Assembly: GCA_944327365.1 (NCBI GenBank)
Contig: CALVHI010000003.1
Span: 1 to 51,249 of the forward strand
DNA from: an uncultured Bacilli bacterium
GTDB taxonomy: Bacteria > Bacillota_I > Bacilli_A > RF39 > UBA660
Direction: 5' to 3'
DNA: 51,249 nucleotides
Shown here piece by piece: positions 38,650 to 47,691 of this stretch. The stretch's first letter is position 1; each line of letters opens with the position of its first letter. Both the position numbers and the translations under genes were made by a program. The notes beneath the pieces were generated by a model. That model saw only the letters and a program-made list of their open reading frames with translations. It searched no databases and was not told the DNA's origin.

Positions 38650-40968
38650 CTAATGTACCCTTAAATTATTTGCCCAATAGTAGCTAACTTTATTAAATTC
38701 ATCTATTAAATTTGTATATTTTGTTGATTCTGTAGGAATATATTCGTTATCTTCTTTATAATATATACTGTTAATTACACTAACATGATTTTTTAATTCA
38801 TTAGTATATTTCAAATATTCATTCCCTTCATATCCAATATATTCAAACAATTCATTCATTATAAAGTTGGGACTAATTGTATCTAGTTCTCCCGCAAAAT
38901 CTTTGTTAAATACTTCTTTTGCCTCGCTATTTGCATGAATAATATAGGGAATACCATAATAATTTTCAAATCCTTCTGTAGTTGTTAAATCTAAATTAAT
39001 TCCTAATTCTTCATATACATAGTTAGCTTCTCCTAAATATGGATTATGATCTCCAAAGAAAATTAGAATGGTTGGTTCTTCATAATTATCAATATAATTA
39101 ACTAATTCATATAATGCCTCATTTGTTGATTTAATTCCTGATAAATATCTATTAAACATATTGTATGCATTATCAGAATATCCTAAATTTTCTATATAAG
39201 TTTCATTGATTTCAGAGGCGCTGTAAGGTCCATGATTTTGATATGTAACAGAGAAATTAAAGTAATACTCACCTTCGTTATTAAATTTTTCTAAATCTTC
39301 TATAATTTCAGAATATAATTCTTGATCACTAGCATAGCTATTCCAACCATTATATTCACTAAATCTATTTTCATAATTCCAATAGTTATCAAAGCCAAGA
39401 TTTATATTAACGGTATTACGATTATAAAACGCACCAAAAATTGGATGCATTGCTTCTACTACATATCCCTGTTCTTTGAAATATCTAGCATAAGAATTTG
39501 TTTCTTTCCTAAATGATGGAAAATTGGTATATCCTGTTATAAATTTTCTTTCTGTATTAATTGTTCCACCACCAAAAATATTAACTATTATTTCACCATG
39601 CAGTGAGTTGTTTTGTATTTCATGAAAATTTTCATATATATCATTAGTAAATTCGATAGTATCAAATTTTGAAAAATCATTATATGCTTCTAACATAATA
39701 GCAATTATATTTACTTTTTTGTCTTCTGGTATATTATCATATGTATATTGATCAATTATATTTTTTGCTTCCTCTTCATTATATCCGCTTGGCTTATTAT
39801 CTAAAATTTCTGTATTGCTATAGATAAAAGGATAAATTAATCCTCTTATCTGTGATTGCCTGGTATCTATCCAAATATTTATGTTTTCCTGGTTACCAAC
39901 ACTGTCATAAATCTGTTCATTAGTATAAACATTTTGATATGTGAAATAACTAGCAATAATTAGTATGCCCGCTATAGGTAATGTAATTCTTTTTTTTAAG
40001 TTAATTTTTTTTATATTTTTTCTTAACCAAATTGCAATTCCTATACATAAAAGGATTAAGACAATTGTATACCATCTAATAATTATATCATACCTACTTG
40101 TCATGATAAGAGCTTCTTTGAAAAGTGTAATATCTTCAAATTTAAACACATCATCACGATAATATAATTTTGTTTTATTAATTATACCAATTAAAAAAAC
40201 AAATAGGGAAGTTATAGAAAATGATAACCACATCCTTTTAGTTAGAAATAAGAAAATGTAAATCATTAATAAAAGTGGTATTAAATTTAAAAGTAATAAC
40301 TTCGCGTCTTCTAAATAATTGTTTATCATTACTGTATCTAAATATACAGTTGTAAAAGTAAATGATATTAATAACAGCAAAAGTGATAAAAAAAGTGGTA
40401 AGATATATTTTAATATTATTTTAAAAATTGAATAAATTTTTTTATCTACATAGTTTATCAATATATTTCCTTTTTTCACATAAACGCACTTAGCTTTAAA
40501 TGTTTTTATATGATCAAAATTATTATAATAAGCTTCTTTAAATTGCTCATTTATCTTGTTTTGATTATTTATTTGTTCGCTTAATACTAACTCATATTCT
40601 TTATTAAAGTTTGGTGCTATTAATTTTTCTTTGTTTAAAAATGGCTTTACTATTATCTCTGGACTTGAAGAAAAAATTACATTTTTATCAGAGTAATTAT
40701 CTATATACCAAGAGCTAATTTTCTTTCTGTTTTTTTTCACAAATTCTATTATTATTTCATCTAAATTATTTATTTTGTTTAAATATTTGTGATATTTCTG
40801 TTTTTTGGCTAATTCTTTTTTTAATGAAATGAATCCTAAAAATGAGAAAAGCAAATGAATAAAAATATAAAGATATAATTTTTTGTTTTTATTACAACAA
40901 AATAAATAAAAATCACGATCTATATTGCCTTTATACACTATTTTGTTAAATTCATATAAATTTTTCAT
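38650..40968 (-). CDS. LtaS-family protein with N-terminal degenerate HAD-like domain
   Basis: NIIAIMLEAY, FGGGTINTE, YQNHGPY, FGDHNP; first ~175 aa align by eye with the HAD protein at 26185. Confidence 0.85.
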   Translation of the reverse strand: MKNLYEFNKIVYKGNIDRDFYLFCCNKNKKLYLYIFIHLLFSFLGFISLKKELAKKQKYHKYLNKINNLDEIIIEFVKKNRKKISSWYIDNYSDKNVIFSSSPEIIVKPFLNKEKLIAPNFNKEYELVLSEQINNQNKINEQFKEAYYNNFDHIKTFKAKCVYVKKGNILINYVDKKIYSIFKIILKYILPLFLSLLLLLISFTFTTVYLDTVMINNYLEDAKLLLLNLIPLLLMIYIFLFLTKRMWLSFSITSLFVFLIGIINKTKLYYRDDVFKFEDITLFKEALIMTSRYDIIIRWYTIVLILLCIGIAIWLRKNIKKINLKKRITLPIAGILIIASYFTYQNVYTNEQIYDSVGNQENINIWIDTRQSQIRGLIYPFIYSNTEILDNKPSGYNEEEAKNIIDQYTYDNIPEDKKVNIIAIMLEAYNDFSKFDTIEFTNDIYENFHEIQNNSLHGEIIVNIFGGGTINTERKFITGYTNFPSFRKETNSYARYFKEQGYVVEAMHPIFGAFYNRNTVNINLGFDNYWNYENRFSEYNGWNSYASDQELYSEIIEDLEKFNNEGEYYFNFSVTYQNHGPYSASEINETYIENLGYSDNAYNMFNRYLSGIKSTNEALYELVNYIDNYEEPTILIFFGDHNPYLGEANYVYEELGINLDLTTTEGFENYYGIPYIIHANSEAKEVFNKDFAGELDTISPNFIMNELFEYIGYEGNEYLKYTNELKNHVSVINSIYYKEDNEYIPTESTKYTNLIDEFNKVSYYWANNLRVH

Positions 40969-41048
40969 TAATTATTACTCCTTTACATGATTGCTATTTT
41001 AGCATATTTTCATAAATATCACAAGCATAAAGTATATCATAAAGTATA

Positions 41049-41681
41049 TTATCTAAAATAATTGATAAAACTATACGGTAATGTCGCTAAATGATTTAGG
41101 GCTAGTATAATAAAATTATCTTTATATTTGTCAATTGGTTTTAATAATTTTTCTTTGCTAACTAAATCATATAGCTTATTTATTTCATCTTCATTAATAA
41201 ATAAAGATGAAATTAAGATAAATTCCATTATACACGCCAAGATAAATAAAATCATTCCTAAGCGTATTACTAATATATTATTGACAAAAACTCCCATTAT
41301 CATAAAAATGTAGCTTGTAATTACTAAAAATGAACTTAACTTATGAAAAACGGGGACATTTTTTCTTTGACTATCTACTTCTAGGGCAGTGTTAATAGCA
41401 ACAATTGCAGAATATAGATCTAGCCCATCAAATACTTCAGGTGATAATTTCATCACATTTCTATCTTTGTTATAGTGGTCTAAATATTTACCACTTTTTT
41501 TAATAATATGAGGTTCTTCGTTACAAAATTTTGAAGATACTTTTCTTGCTATTTCAAAACCAGATAAATTCGCTTCATTTTTTATGTTTTTTGTTGTTTT
41601 TACGGCACTTCTAAATAACAAGTTAATTAAAATAATTAAACCAACTACTATTATAAATATTATATCAATGATTATTCCCAT
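41049..41681 (-). CDS. YugP-like (Zn_peptidase_2) membrane protein lacking HExxH
   Basis: LSGFEIARK and YLDHYNKDRNVMKLSPEVF match the family N-terminus; HExxH is absent. Confidence 0.65.
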   Translation of the reverse strand: MGIIIDIIFIIVVGLIILINLLFRSAVKTTKNIKNEANLSGFEIARKVSSKFCNEEPHIIKKSGKYLDHYNKDRNVMKLSPEVFDGLDLYSAIVAINTALEVDSQRKNVPVFHKLSSFLVITSYIFMIMGVFVNNILVIRLGMILFILACIMEFILISSLFINEDEINKLYDLVSKEKLLKPIDKYKDNFIILALNHLATLPYSFINYFR

Positions 41682-43066
41682 TATTTTACCTCGTAAATTG
41701 TTCCTTCTCTTGTATCTTTTAAAGTAATACCCATATTTGCTAATTCATCACGGATAGAATCGGCTAGGGCATAATCTTTATTCTTTTTCGCATCATTTCT
41801 TTTTTCTATCATTTCTTTGATATGTGCCTCATCAATATTTTTTTCTTCTCTTTTAAGTAGGTCTAATGATAACACTTTATCCATTTCTTCTATTACTTTC
41901 ATTTTGGTAGCATCAGTTGTATCAACTTTTAGTAAATCATACAGTAAAGTAATTGCATTAGCTGTATTCATATCGTCTTCTAGGCATTCTTTAAATTTGA
42001 TAACATATGTTTCTAATACATTTTTATCAACATTACCATCGCCTTTTAAACTAGCAATTCTTGACTTTAGTTTTTTATAGGCATTTTCGGCACCAGAAAG
42101 TGATTCGAAACTAAATGTTAATTGTTTACGATAATGACTCTGAAGCACCATAAAACGGTAACTTAGGGGATTAAATCCTTCTTCTTCCAAATATGAAACC
42201 GTTAATACTTTTCCTTTTGATTTACTCATTTTACCAGTTGCATCATTTAAATGTTCGCCGTGTACCCAATATTTGCACCACTTGTGGCCAATATAAGACT
42301 CGCTTTGAGCGATTTCATTGGTATGATGGGGAAATATGTTGTCTACTCCACCACAATGGATATCTAAATATTCCCCTAAATATTTTAGGGAAATACCCGA
42401 ACATTCTATATGCCAACCGGGATATCCTTTTCCAAAGGGACTATCCCATTTTAATTCTTGCGAATCAAATTTAGATTTGGTAAACCATAATACAAAGTCG
42501 GTTTTATTTTTTTTGTTGGTATCTTCTTCGACTGTATCTCTAACCCCACTAATTAACTCCTCACCAACATGATTAGTTAACTTATAATAATCCTCTAATT
42601 TTGAGGTATCAAAATAGATATTTCCACCTGCTTTATAAGCATATCCTGTATCTAATAGTTTGGTAATTATTTTTATATATTCATCAATGTTATCAGTGGC
42701 AGGACTTACAATATCAGGCTTTTTAATATTTAATTTTTCGGTGTCTTTAAAAAATGCTTCGGTATAAAACTTAGCTATATCTAATACTGTTTTGTTTTCT
42801 TTTTTGGCACTATTAACCATCTTGTCATCACCAGTATCAGCATCACTTGTTAAGTGCCCAACATCAGTGATATTCATGACACGAGTTACATTAAATCCGA
42901 TAAATCTGAGTGTTTTTTCTAATATATCTTCCATGATATAAGTTCTTAAGTTCCCAATGTGAGCATAACTATAAACTGTTGGCCCACAAGTATATATTTT
43001 AACAACTCCTTCTTCCCATGGAACAAAGTCTTCGATTTTTCTTGTTAAAGTATTGTAAAGTTTCAT
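41681..43066 (-). CDS. cysS: Cysteine-tRNA ligase
   Basis: LYNTLTR, CGPTVY, HIGN, PGWHIECS, FPHHTNE, KMSKS; probable start MKLY. Confidence 0.98.
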   Translation of the reverse strand: MKLYNTLTRKIEDFVPWEEGVVKIYTCGPTVYSYAHIGNLRTYIMEDILEKTLRFIGFNVTRVMNITDVGHLTSDADTGDDKMVNSAKKENKTVLDIAKFYTEAFFKDTEKLNIKKPDIVSPATDNIDEYIKIITKLLDTGYAYKAGGNIYFDTSKLEDYYKLTNHVGEELISGVRDTVEEDTNKKNKTDFVLWFTKSKFDSQELKWDSPFGKGYPGWHIECSGISLKYLGEYLDIHCGGVDNIFPHHTNEIAQSESYIGHKWCKYWVHGEHLNDATGKMSKSKGKVLTVSYLEEEGFNPLSYRFMVLQSHYRKQLTFSFESLSGAENAYKKLKSRIASLKGDGNVDKNVLETYVIKFKECLEDDMNTANAITLLYDLLKVDTTDATKMKVIEEMDKVLSLDLLKREEKNIDEAHIKEMIEKRNDAKKNKDYALADSIRDELANMGITLKDTREGTIYEVK

Positions 43067-43139
43067 AAACAACTTCCTCTCATGTTATTATTATATTATA
43101 AAGTTGGATTAAAGGAAAGAATTATCTTTTAAAATATTT

Positions 43140-43190
43140 AAAAAGGAAGTGACCGCGCCGGTACGTCGGCACGACCACTTCCTAGCAGAT
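43140..43190 (-). ncRNA. GC-rich 17-bp hairpin: candidate small RNA or terminator
   Basis: Arms 43144-43160 and 43167-43183; three G-U pairs on the minus strand; U-tail; TGATAAAAT just upstream. Confidence 0.4.
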
Positions 43191-43377
43191 TATTTTATCA
43201 CAAAAATTATTAATTTAATACAATACTTTTTAATTTATTCTAAATTTCTTTTGTTTTGGAAGACGCAACAATTTCATAATAATCAACACTCCTTAGTTTT
43301 ATTAAAAGCAATTCTTGTCTTTTCCTTTCTTAAATCTTCTAATGTTTGCATTAAAAAAGGACAACTTTTTAGAAAAT

Positions 43378-44931
43378 TTATATTTCATTATTGATATTGT
43401 AGTTATTATCTTCTTTAAATTCATTAATAATTAAACTTGTGGTTGTAAGTAGCATTCCGGCTATAGATACAGCGTTTCTTAAACTTGTGATAACAACAGC
43501 TGTTGGGTCAATTACTTTTGTTTTTGATATTAATTCAAATTTGTTTTCAGAAGCATTATAGATTACATTAAAATCATTTTCTTTTATTTTATTGTAAATA
43601 TCATTTGGATTAACACCTATGTTTTCTAATATTTGCATAAATGGTTTATCTAAAGCTTCTTTTAAAATGGTTGAACCATTATTTTTTGTTTCTAAATTTT
43701 CTTTTATTTTTAACAAAATTAAACCACTTCCCGGTATGATGCCATTTGCCGCACAATTTAGAGCACAGAGCGCATCATCATAGCGCATCTTTTTTTCTCT
43801 TGCTTCGGTTGTAGTAGTAGCTCCTACATAAATAATCCCTATTCCATTTGTTAATTTAGCTAATCTATTACTCTGAAACTCTAATTCAAAATCATCATCT
43901 ATTGTTTTAATTCTTTCTTTTAATTTATTAATGTGTCTTTTTATAGCTTCACTTTTCAGATTATTACTTATAATAGCTTGGTCTTTTGTAATTTTTATTT
44001 CTTCACATTTTCCTAAATTATTTAAATTTAATTCATCAGATGCTTTTACTATTTTTGCTTTACTAATCACTTCTAAATCTTTTAAAACATCTATTTGATG
44101 AAGTCCATATTCCGGTAATTTTAATAAGGTAACGTTTATTATTTTGTTGAAATTTAAAGATAGAATTTCATTTATTACCTCTTCAGTATAATCTGTTGCA
44201 AGTATTACTAGGGGTATTCTTTTTTCAATGGTATAATTTATGATTTCACTTATCTCTTCTATCTCGTTTACTTCTCTTGTCATAATAAGAATTAAACTGT
44301 TTTTATATGTTATTTCATTTGAATTATGAAAAAAATAAGGAGAAGCCAGTAGGGGTTCAAAACTGTAACCATTTATCATTTTAGTATACGTTTCACTGGT
44401 TTTACTTTCGTAGATTTTAATAGCACTCCCTGACTTTAATTTTAAATATAATGATGTTATAAGTTTTCCAATACTTTTGTTACTTGCTGCGATACTTCCA
44501 ATATCATAATAATTTTCTTCGCTGGGATTTTTACTTTCTTTTTTTATTTCTTCTATTACGCTTTCTAAAGCTTTATCTAGTTCATTTTTTAATAGGTGAG
44601 GATTTATCCCATCTTTAATTTTCGCTAGACCACTTTTAAAGATGCTTTCTAATAAAACTAAAGTCGAAGTTGTTCCATCACCTACTGCCTCATCAGTTTT
44701 AATGGATGCTTCTTTGGCAAGAGTAAGAATGGTATTGATTCGTTCATCTTCACTTTCAATATTTTTTGCTATGGTTACGCCATCATTCGTGATAAAAGGG
44801 CTCATTAGAGAATGGTCAATGATGGCATTTGATCCTCTTGGTCCTAAAGTTTTCCTAACTGTTCCACATAATAATTCAATTGCTTGTTCTTCACAATCAT
44901 ATAATTCTTCACCTGTTATTACCTTTTTCAT
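43378..44931 (-). CDS. Divergent GroEL/Cpn60-like chaperonin
   Basis: TLGPRG, ITNDGVTIAK, GDGTTS, RLAKL, RYDDAL, VIDPT; probable start MKKVI after GGAGG; no GGM tail. Confidence 0.9.
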   Translation of the reverse strand: MKKVITGEELYDCEEQAIELLCGTVRKTLGPRGSNAIIDHSLMSPFITNDGVTIAKNIESEDERINTILTLAKEASIKTDEAVGDGTTSTLVLLESIFKSGLAKIKDGINPHLLKNELDKALESVIEEIKKESKNPSEENYYDIGSIAASNKSIGKLITSLYLKLKSGSAIKIYESKTSETYTKMINGYSFEPLLASPYFFHNSNEITYKNSLILIMTREVNEIEEISEIINYTIEKRIPLVILATDYTEEVINEILSLNFNKIINVTLLKLPEYGLHQIDVLKDLEVISKAKIVKASDELNLNNLGKCEEIKITKDQAIISNNLKSEAIKRHINKLKERIKTIDDDFELEFQSNRLAKLTNGIGIIYVGATTTTEAREKKMRYDDALCALNCAANGIIPGSGLILLKIKENLETKNNGSTILKEALDKPFMQILENIGVNPNDIYNKIKENDFNVIYNASENKFELISKTKVIDPTAVVITSLRNAVSIAGMLLTTTSLIINEFKEDNNYNINNEI

Positions 44932-45664
44932 AAGCATCCTCCATTTCAATTATATATTTCCAATATTTTTTAGGCATAAAATTCATTTGACATCGCTTGT
45001 TTTTACGTGCTTCAATTCCTATTGTTTTAAAAAACGTCATCCATAAATTTTCTACTTCTTTTTCTTCTTCCTTTATTTCTATATCCTTTAAATTTATATT
45101 TTTTCCTGATACTATATAGTATTTTTGTGTATTATAAATACTATACATATTTCTTTTTACATCTTTTATAAGCCAATATTCGTTTGCTAAACGTTTCGCA
45201 AAGTGATAAGATAACAATTCTAAAACATCACTATCTGGTGCAATCTCGGCATATAAGACATGATTGTTAATTTCTTTAAATCTTACAAAGCCTTTTAATT
45301 TATGGCATTCATTACTAACACGTTTTGCTAATTTTAAAGCGCTATTTACGCATTTTAAATTACGCATAGTAAATATTTTATCTTGGTATTTTAGAGCATT
45401 TAATAAAAAATAATATATTATTAATTCTTTATGTTCATCACTTGATAAATATACATAATAAATAGTTTTCATGATATTTTTAGATACTTTTATTTTACTT
45501 ATGTCAAACTCCATATCTAGTTCTAATTCAATCATGTTATCTAGAATGTTTGGTTTAAAATTTTCTTTATCTTTTATATCTAATGGTTTGATTTTTAATT
45601 CTATTAGCTTATTTATTAAATCTAGAAGACTTTTGAAGGTTCCATCATATAAATAAATATTCAT
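44909..45664 (-). CDS. TIGR03915/DUF4130 putative DNA metabolism protein
   Basis: YLYDGTF, ECHKLKGFVRF, HFAKRL, LWMTFF, MPKKYWKYIIE. Confidence 0.92.
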   Translation of the reverse strand: MNIYLYDGTFKSLLDLINKLIELKIKPLDIKDKENFKPNILDNMIELELDMEFDISKIKVSKNIMKTIYYVYLSSDEHKELIIYYFLLNALKYQDKIFTMRNLKCVNSALKLAKRVSNECHKLKGFVRFKEINNHVLYAEIAPDSDVLELLSYHFAKRLANEYWLIKDVKRNMYSIYNTQKYYIVSGKNINLKDIEIKEEEKEVENLWMTFFKTIGIEARKNKRCQMNFMPKKYWKYIIEMEDAYEKGNNR

Positions 45665-46872
45665 GAAAATAAGCTTAATTGTTCTTTCTTATTTTCTATT
45701 TTTACATTGTCTTCTAAAATTAAATTGGCTTCAATAAAGCTTTTCTTAAAATACTCTCTGTTCATAAAATATTTGTTGTTGCAACTAATAAAATATTTAG
45801 CTCGTTTTATAACAACACCCATTTTCTTTAAATCTTCAAAGGTAATTTTGAAATTTTTACGACAAGCGATAATTCTTTTAGCTGATTTAATGCCGATACC
45901 AGGAACTTTTAGTAAATCATAGTAACTAACTTGATTAATCTCTTTTGGAAATTCATCTAAATGTCTTAGGGCCCAATTGGCTTTCGGGTCCATTAAAATA
46001 TTAAAATTAGGATTTTCTTCATCTAGTAAATCACTTGTTTTAAAGCCATAAAACCTAAGCAACCAATCGGCCTCATAAAGCCTGTGCTCCCTTATAAGGG
46101 GCGGTGTTGTAAGGCTTGGTAATAATTTATCTTTATTTACCGGAATATAGGAAGAATAAAATACTCTTTTTAAATCATAACTTTTATATAATTTTTCACT
46201 TTTATTCATAATGTCTAAATCTGTTTCTTTGGTAGCTCCAATAATCATTTGGGTACTCTGACCGGCAGGAGCAAAAGAAGACTTGCGATTTTCTTTTACG
46301 TAAGACATAATTTTCGTAACTTTATTTTCTTCTTTGTTTGGCGCTAGAAGTTTTAGACCATTTTCGGTTGGTAATTCAATGTTTGCACTTAGTCTATCTA
46401 CCAGGCTTCCTAATTCCTTTAATAAATGCTCACTTGCCCCAGGGATGGCTTTACAGTGAATGTAGCCGTGAAAATGATATTTATATCTTAACATTTTAAT
46501 TGTTTTAATAAGTAATTCCATCGTATAATCTGGACTTTTTATAATACCTGAACTTAAAAACAATCCCTCAATGTAATTCCTTCGGTAAAAATTCATCGTA
46601 ATTGTACATATTTCTTCGGGGGTAAAGATTGCCCTTTTCACATTATTGGTTTTTCGATTAATACAATACTTGCAGTCAAAAATACAACAGTTGGTTAAAA
46701 GTATTTTGAGTAACGATATACATCTGCCATCACTTGCAAAGGAATGACATATTCCTGAATAGGAAGCATTTCCTATACCACCACTATTGATTCTTTTACT
46801 ACCACTTGATGAACATGATGCATCATACTTGGCACTATCAGCTAAAATTTTTAGTTTTTCTTCTAACGTCAT
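45661..46872 (-). CDS. Putative DNA modification/repair radical SAM protein (TIGR03916)
   Basis: KLKILADSAKYDASC, DGRCISLLK, CIFDCKYC, PAGQSTQMIIGA, HhH KVPGIG; probable start MTLEE. Confidence 0.95.
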   Translation of the reverse strand: MTLEEKLKILADSAKYDASCSSSGSKRINSGGIGNASYSGICHSFASDGRCISLLKILLTNCCIFDCKYCINRKTNNVKRAIFTPEEICTITMNFYRRNYIEGLFLSSGIIKSPDYTMELLIKTIKMLRYKYHFHGYIHCKAIPGASEHLLKELGSLVDRLSANIELPTENGLKLLAPNKEENKVTKIMSYVKENRKSSFAPAGQSTQMIIGATKETDLDIMNKSEKLYKSYDLKRVFYSSYIPVNKDKLLPSLTTPPLIREHRLYEADWLLRFYGFKTSDLLDEENPNFNILMDPKANWALRHLDEFPKEINQVSYYDLLKVPGIGIKSAKRIIACRKNFKITFEDLKKMGVVIKRAKYFISCNNKYFMNREYFKKSFIEANLILEDNVKIENKKEQLSLFS

Positions 46873-46889
46873 AAATATCACCTAACAAT

Positions 46890-46929
46890 ATTATAATACA
46901 AATGTATGTATTAGTCAAACTAATATTCG
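46890..46929 (-). promoter_or_regulatory. sigma-A promoter overlapped by a LexA/Cheo-like box
   Basis: TTGACT..TATAAT on the minus strand; CAAAC-TAAT-ATTCG (46916-46929) versus CGAAC-N4-GTTCG, two mismatches. Confidence 0.5.
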
Positions 46930-46959
46930 CTGCCAATATTTAACAAAAAAGCAACCAAA

Positions 46960-47691
46960 CTAATTTTGATTGCTGTATAAACTGTTGTAAATAGCCATAA
47001 ATTTTTCATATAATTCTTGACATTTTTCTACATTCATTTCAGGGGTGTTTTTTAGAGGATTTTCCAATTTTAATTCAGCATATTTTGAAAAACCTAAATG
47101 ATGAAATGGTAAGAATTCTATTTTTTCGATATTTTTGATCTTTAATAAATAGTTAGCAAGTTCATGCAAATAATTTTCATTATCCATGATACCTGGTACA
47201 ACTACTTGTCTTATCCAAACTGGTTTGCCACTTTTATTTAAGCTTTCCATAAATTTTTCACTTTCGGAAATATCCCTTCCCGTTAATTTTAGGTATCCTT
47301 CCTTATTTGGATGTTTAATATCAAGCAATACTAAATCAACTAAAGATAGGATTTCATCATACTTACCAATACCAACACCGGCAGTGTCGATTGCTATGTG
47401 GATACCTTCTTCTTTTAATCTTTGGCAAATCTCAAGTAAGAAGTCAATTTGCAAAAGAGGTTCACCACCAGAGAATGTTACACCACCATTATTTCTTTTA
47501 AAATAGGGTTTGTTACGAAGTATTTTAGTTGCTAATTCATCAACAGTGTAATTTCCAGCGCTCATATTCCACATTTCAGGATTATGGCAATATAGGCATC
47601 TTAACTTACAACCATTTAAGAAAATAACGGTGCGTATTCCTGGGCCATCTACAAGTCCAAAGGTTTCAATAGAATTAACAGAAGCTTTCAT
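46960..47691 (-). CDS. pflA: Pyruvate formate-lyase activating enzyme
   Basis: ETFGLVDGPGIR, CKLRCLYCHNPE, GGVTFSGGEPLLQ. Confidence 0.97.
   Translation of the reverse strand: MKASVNSIETFGLVDGPGIRTVIFLNGCKLRCLYCHNPEMWNMSAGNYTVDELATKILRNKPYFKRNNGGVTFSGGEPLLQIDFLLEICQRLKEEGIHIAIDTAGVGIGKYDEILSLVDLVLLDIKHPNKEGYLKLTGRDISESEKFMESLNKSGKPVWIRQVVVPGIMDNENYLHELANYLLKIKNIEKIEFLPFHHLGFSKYAELKLENPLKNTPEMNVEKCQELYEKFMAIYNSLYSNQN

Noticed and set aside
43230-43351. Tiny minus-strand ORFs MQTLEDLRKEKTRIAFNKTKEC and MKLLRLPKQKKFRIN
   Set aside because: Too short to support; they may be chance ORFs or debris, although the second has an AAGGAG RBS
43073-43377. T-box leader for cysS
   Set aside because: No AGGGTGGNACCGCG T-box motif or stem I on the minus strand; cysS has a -10 close to its RBS
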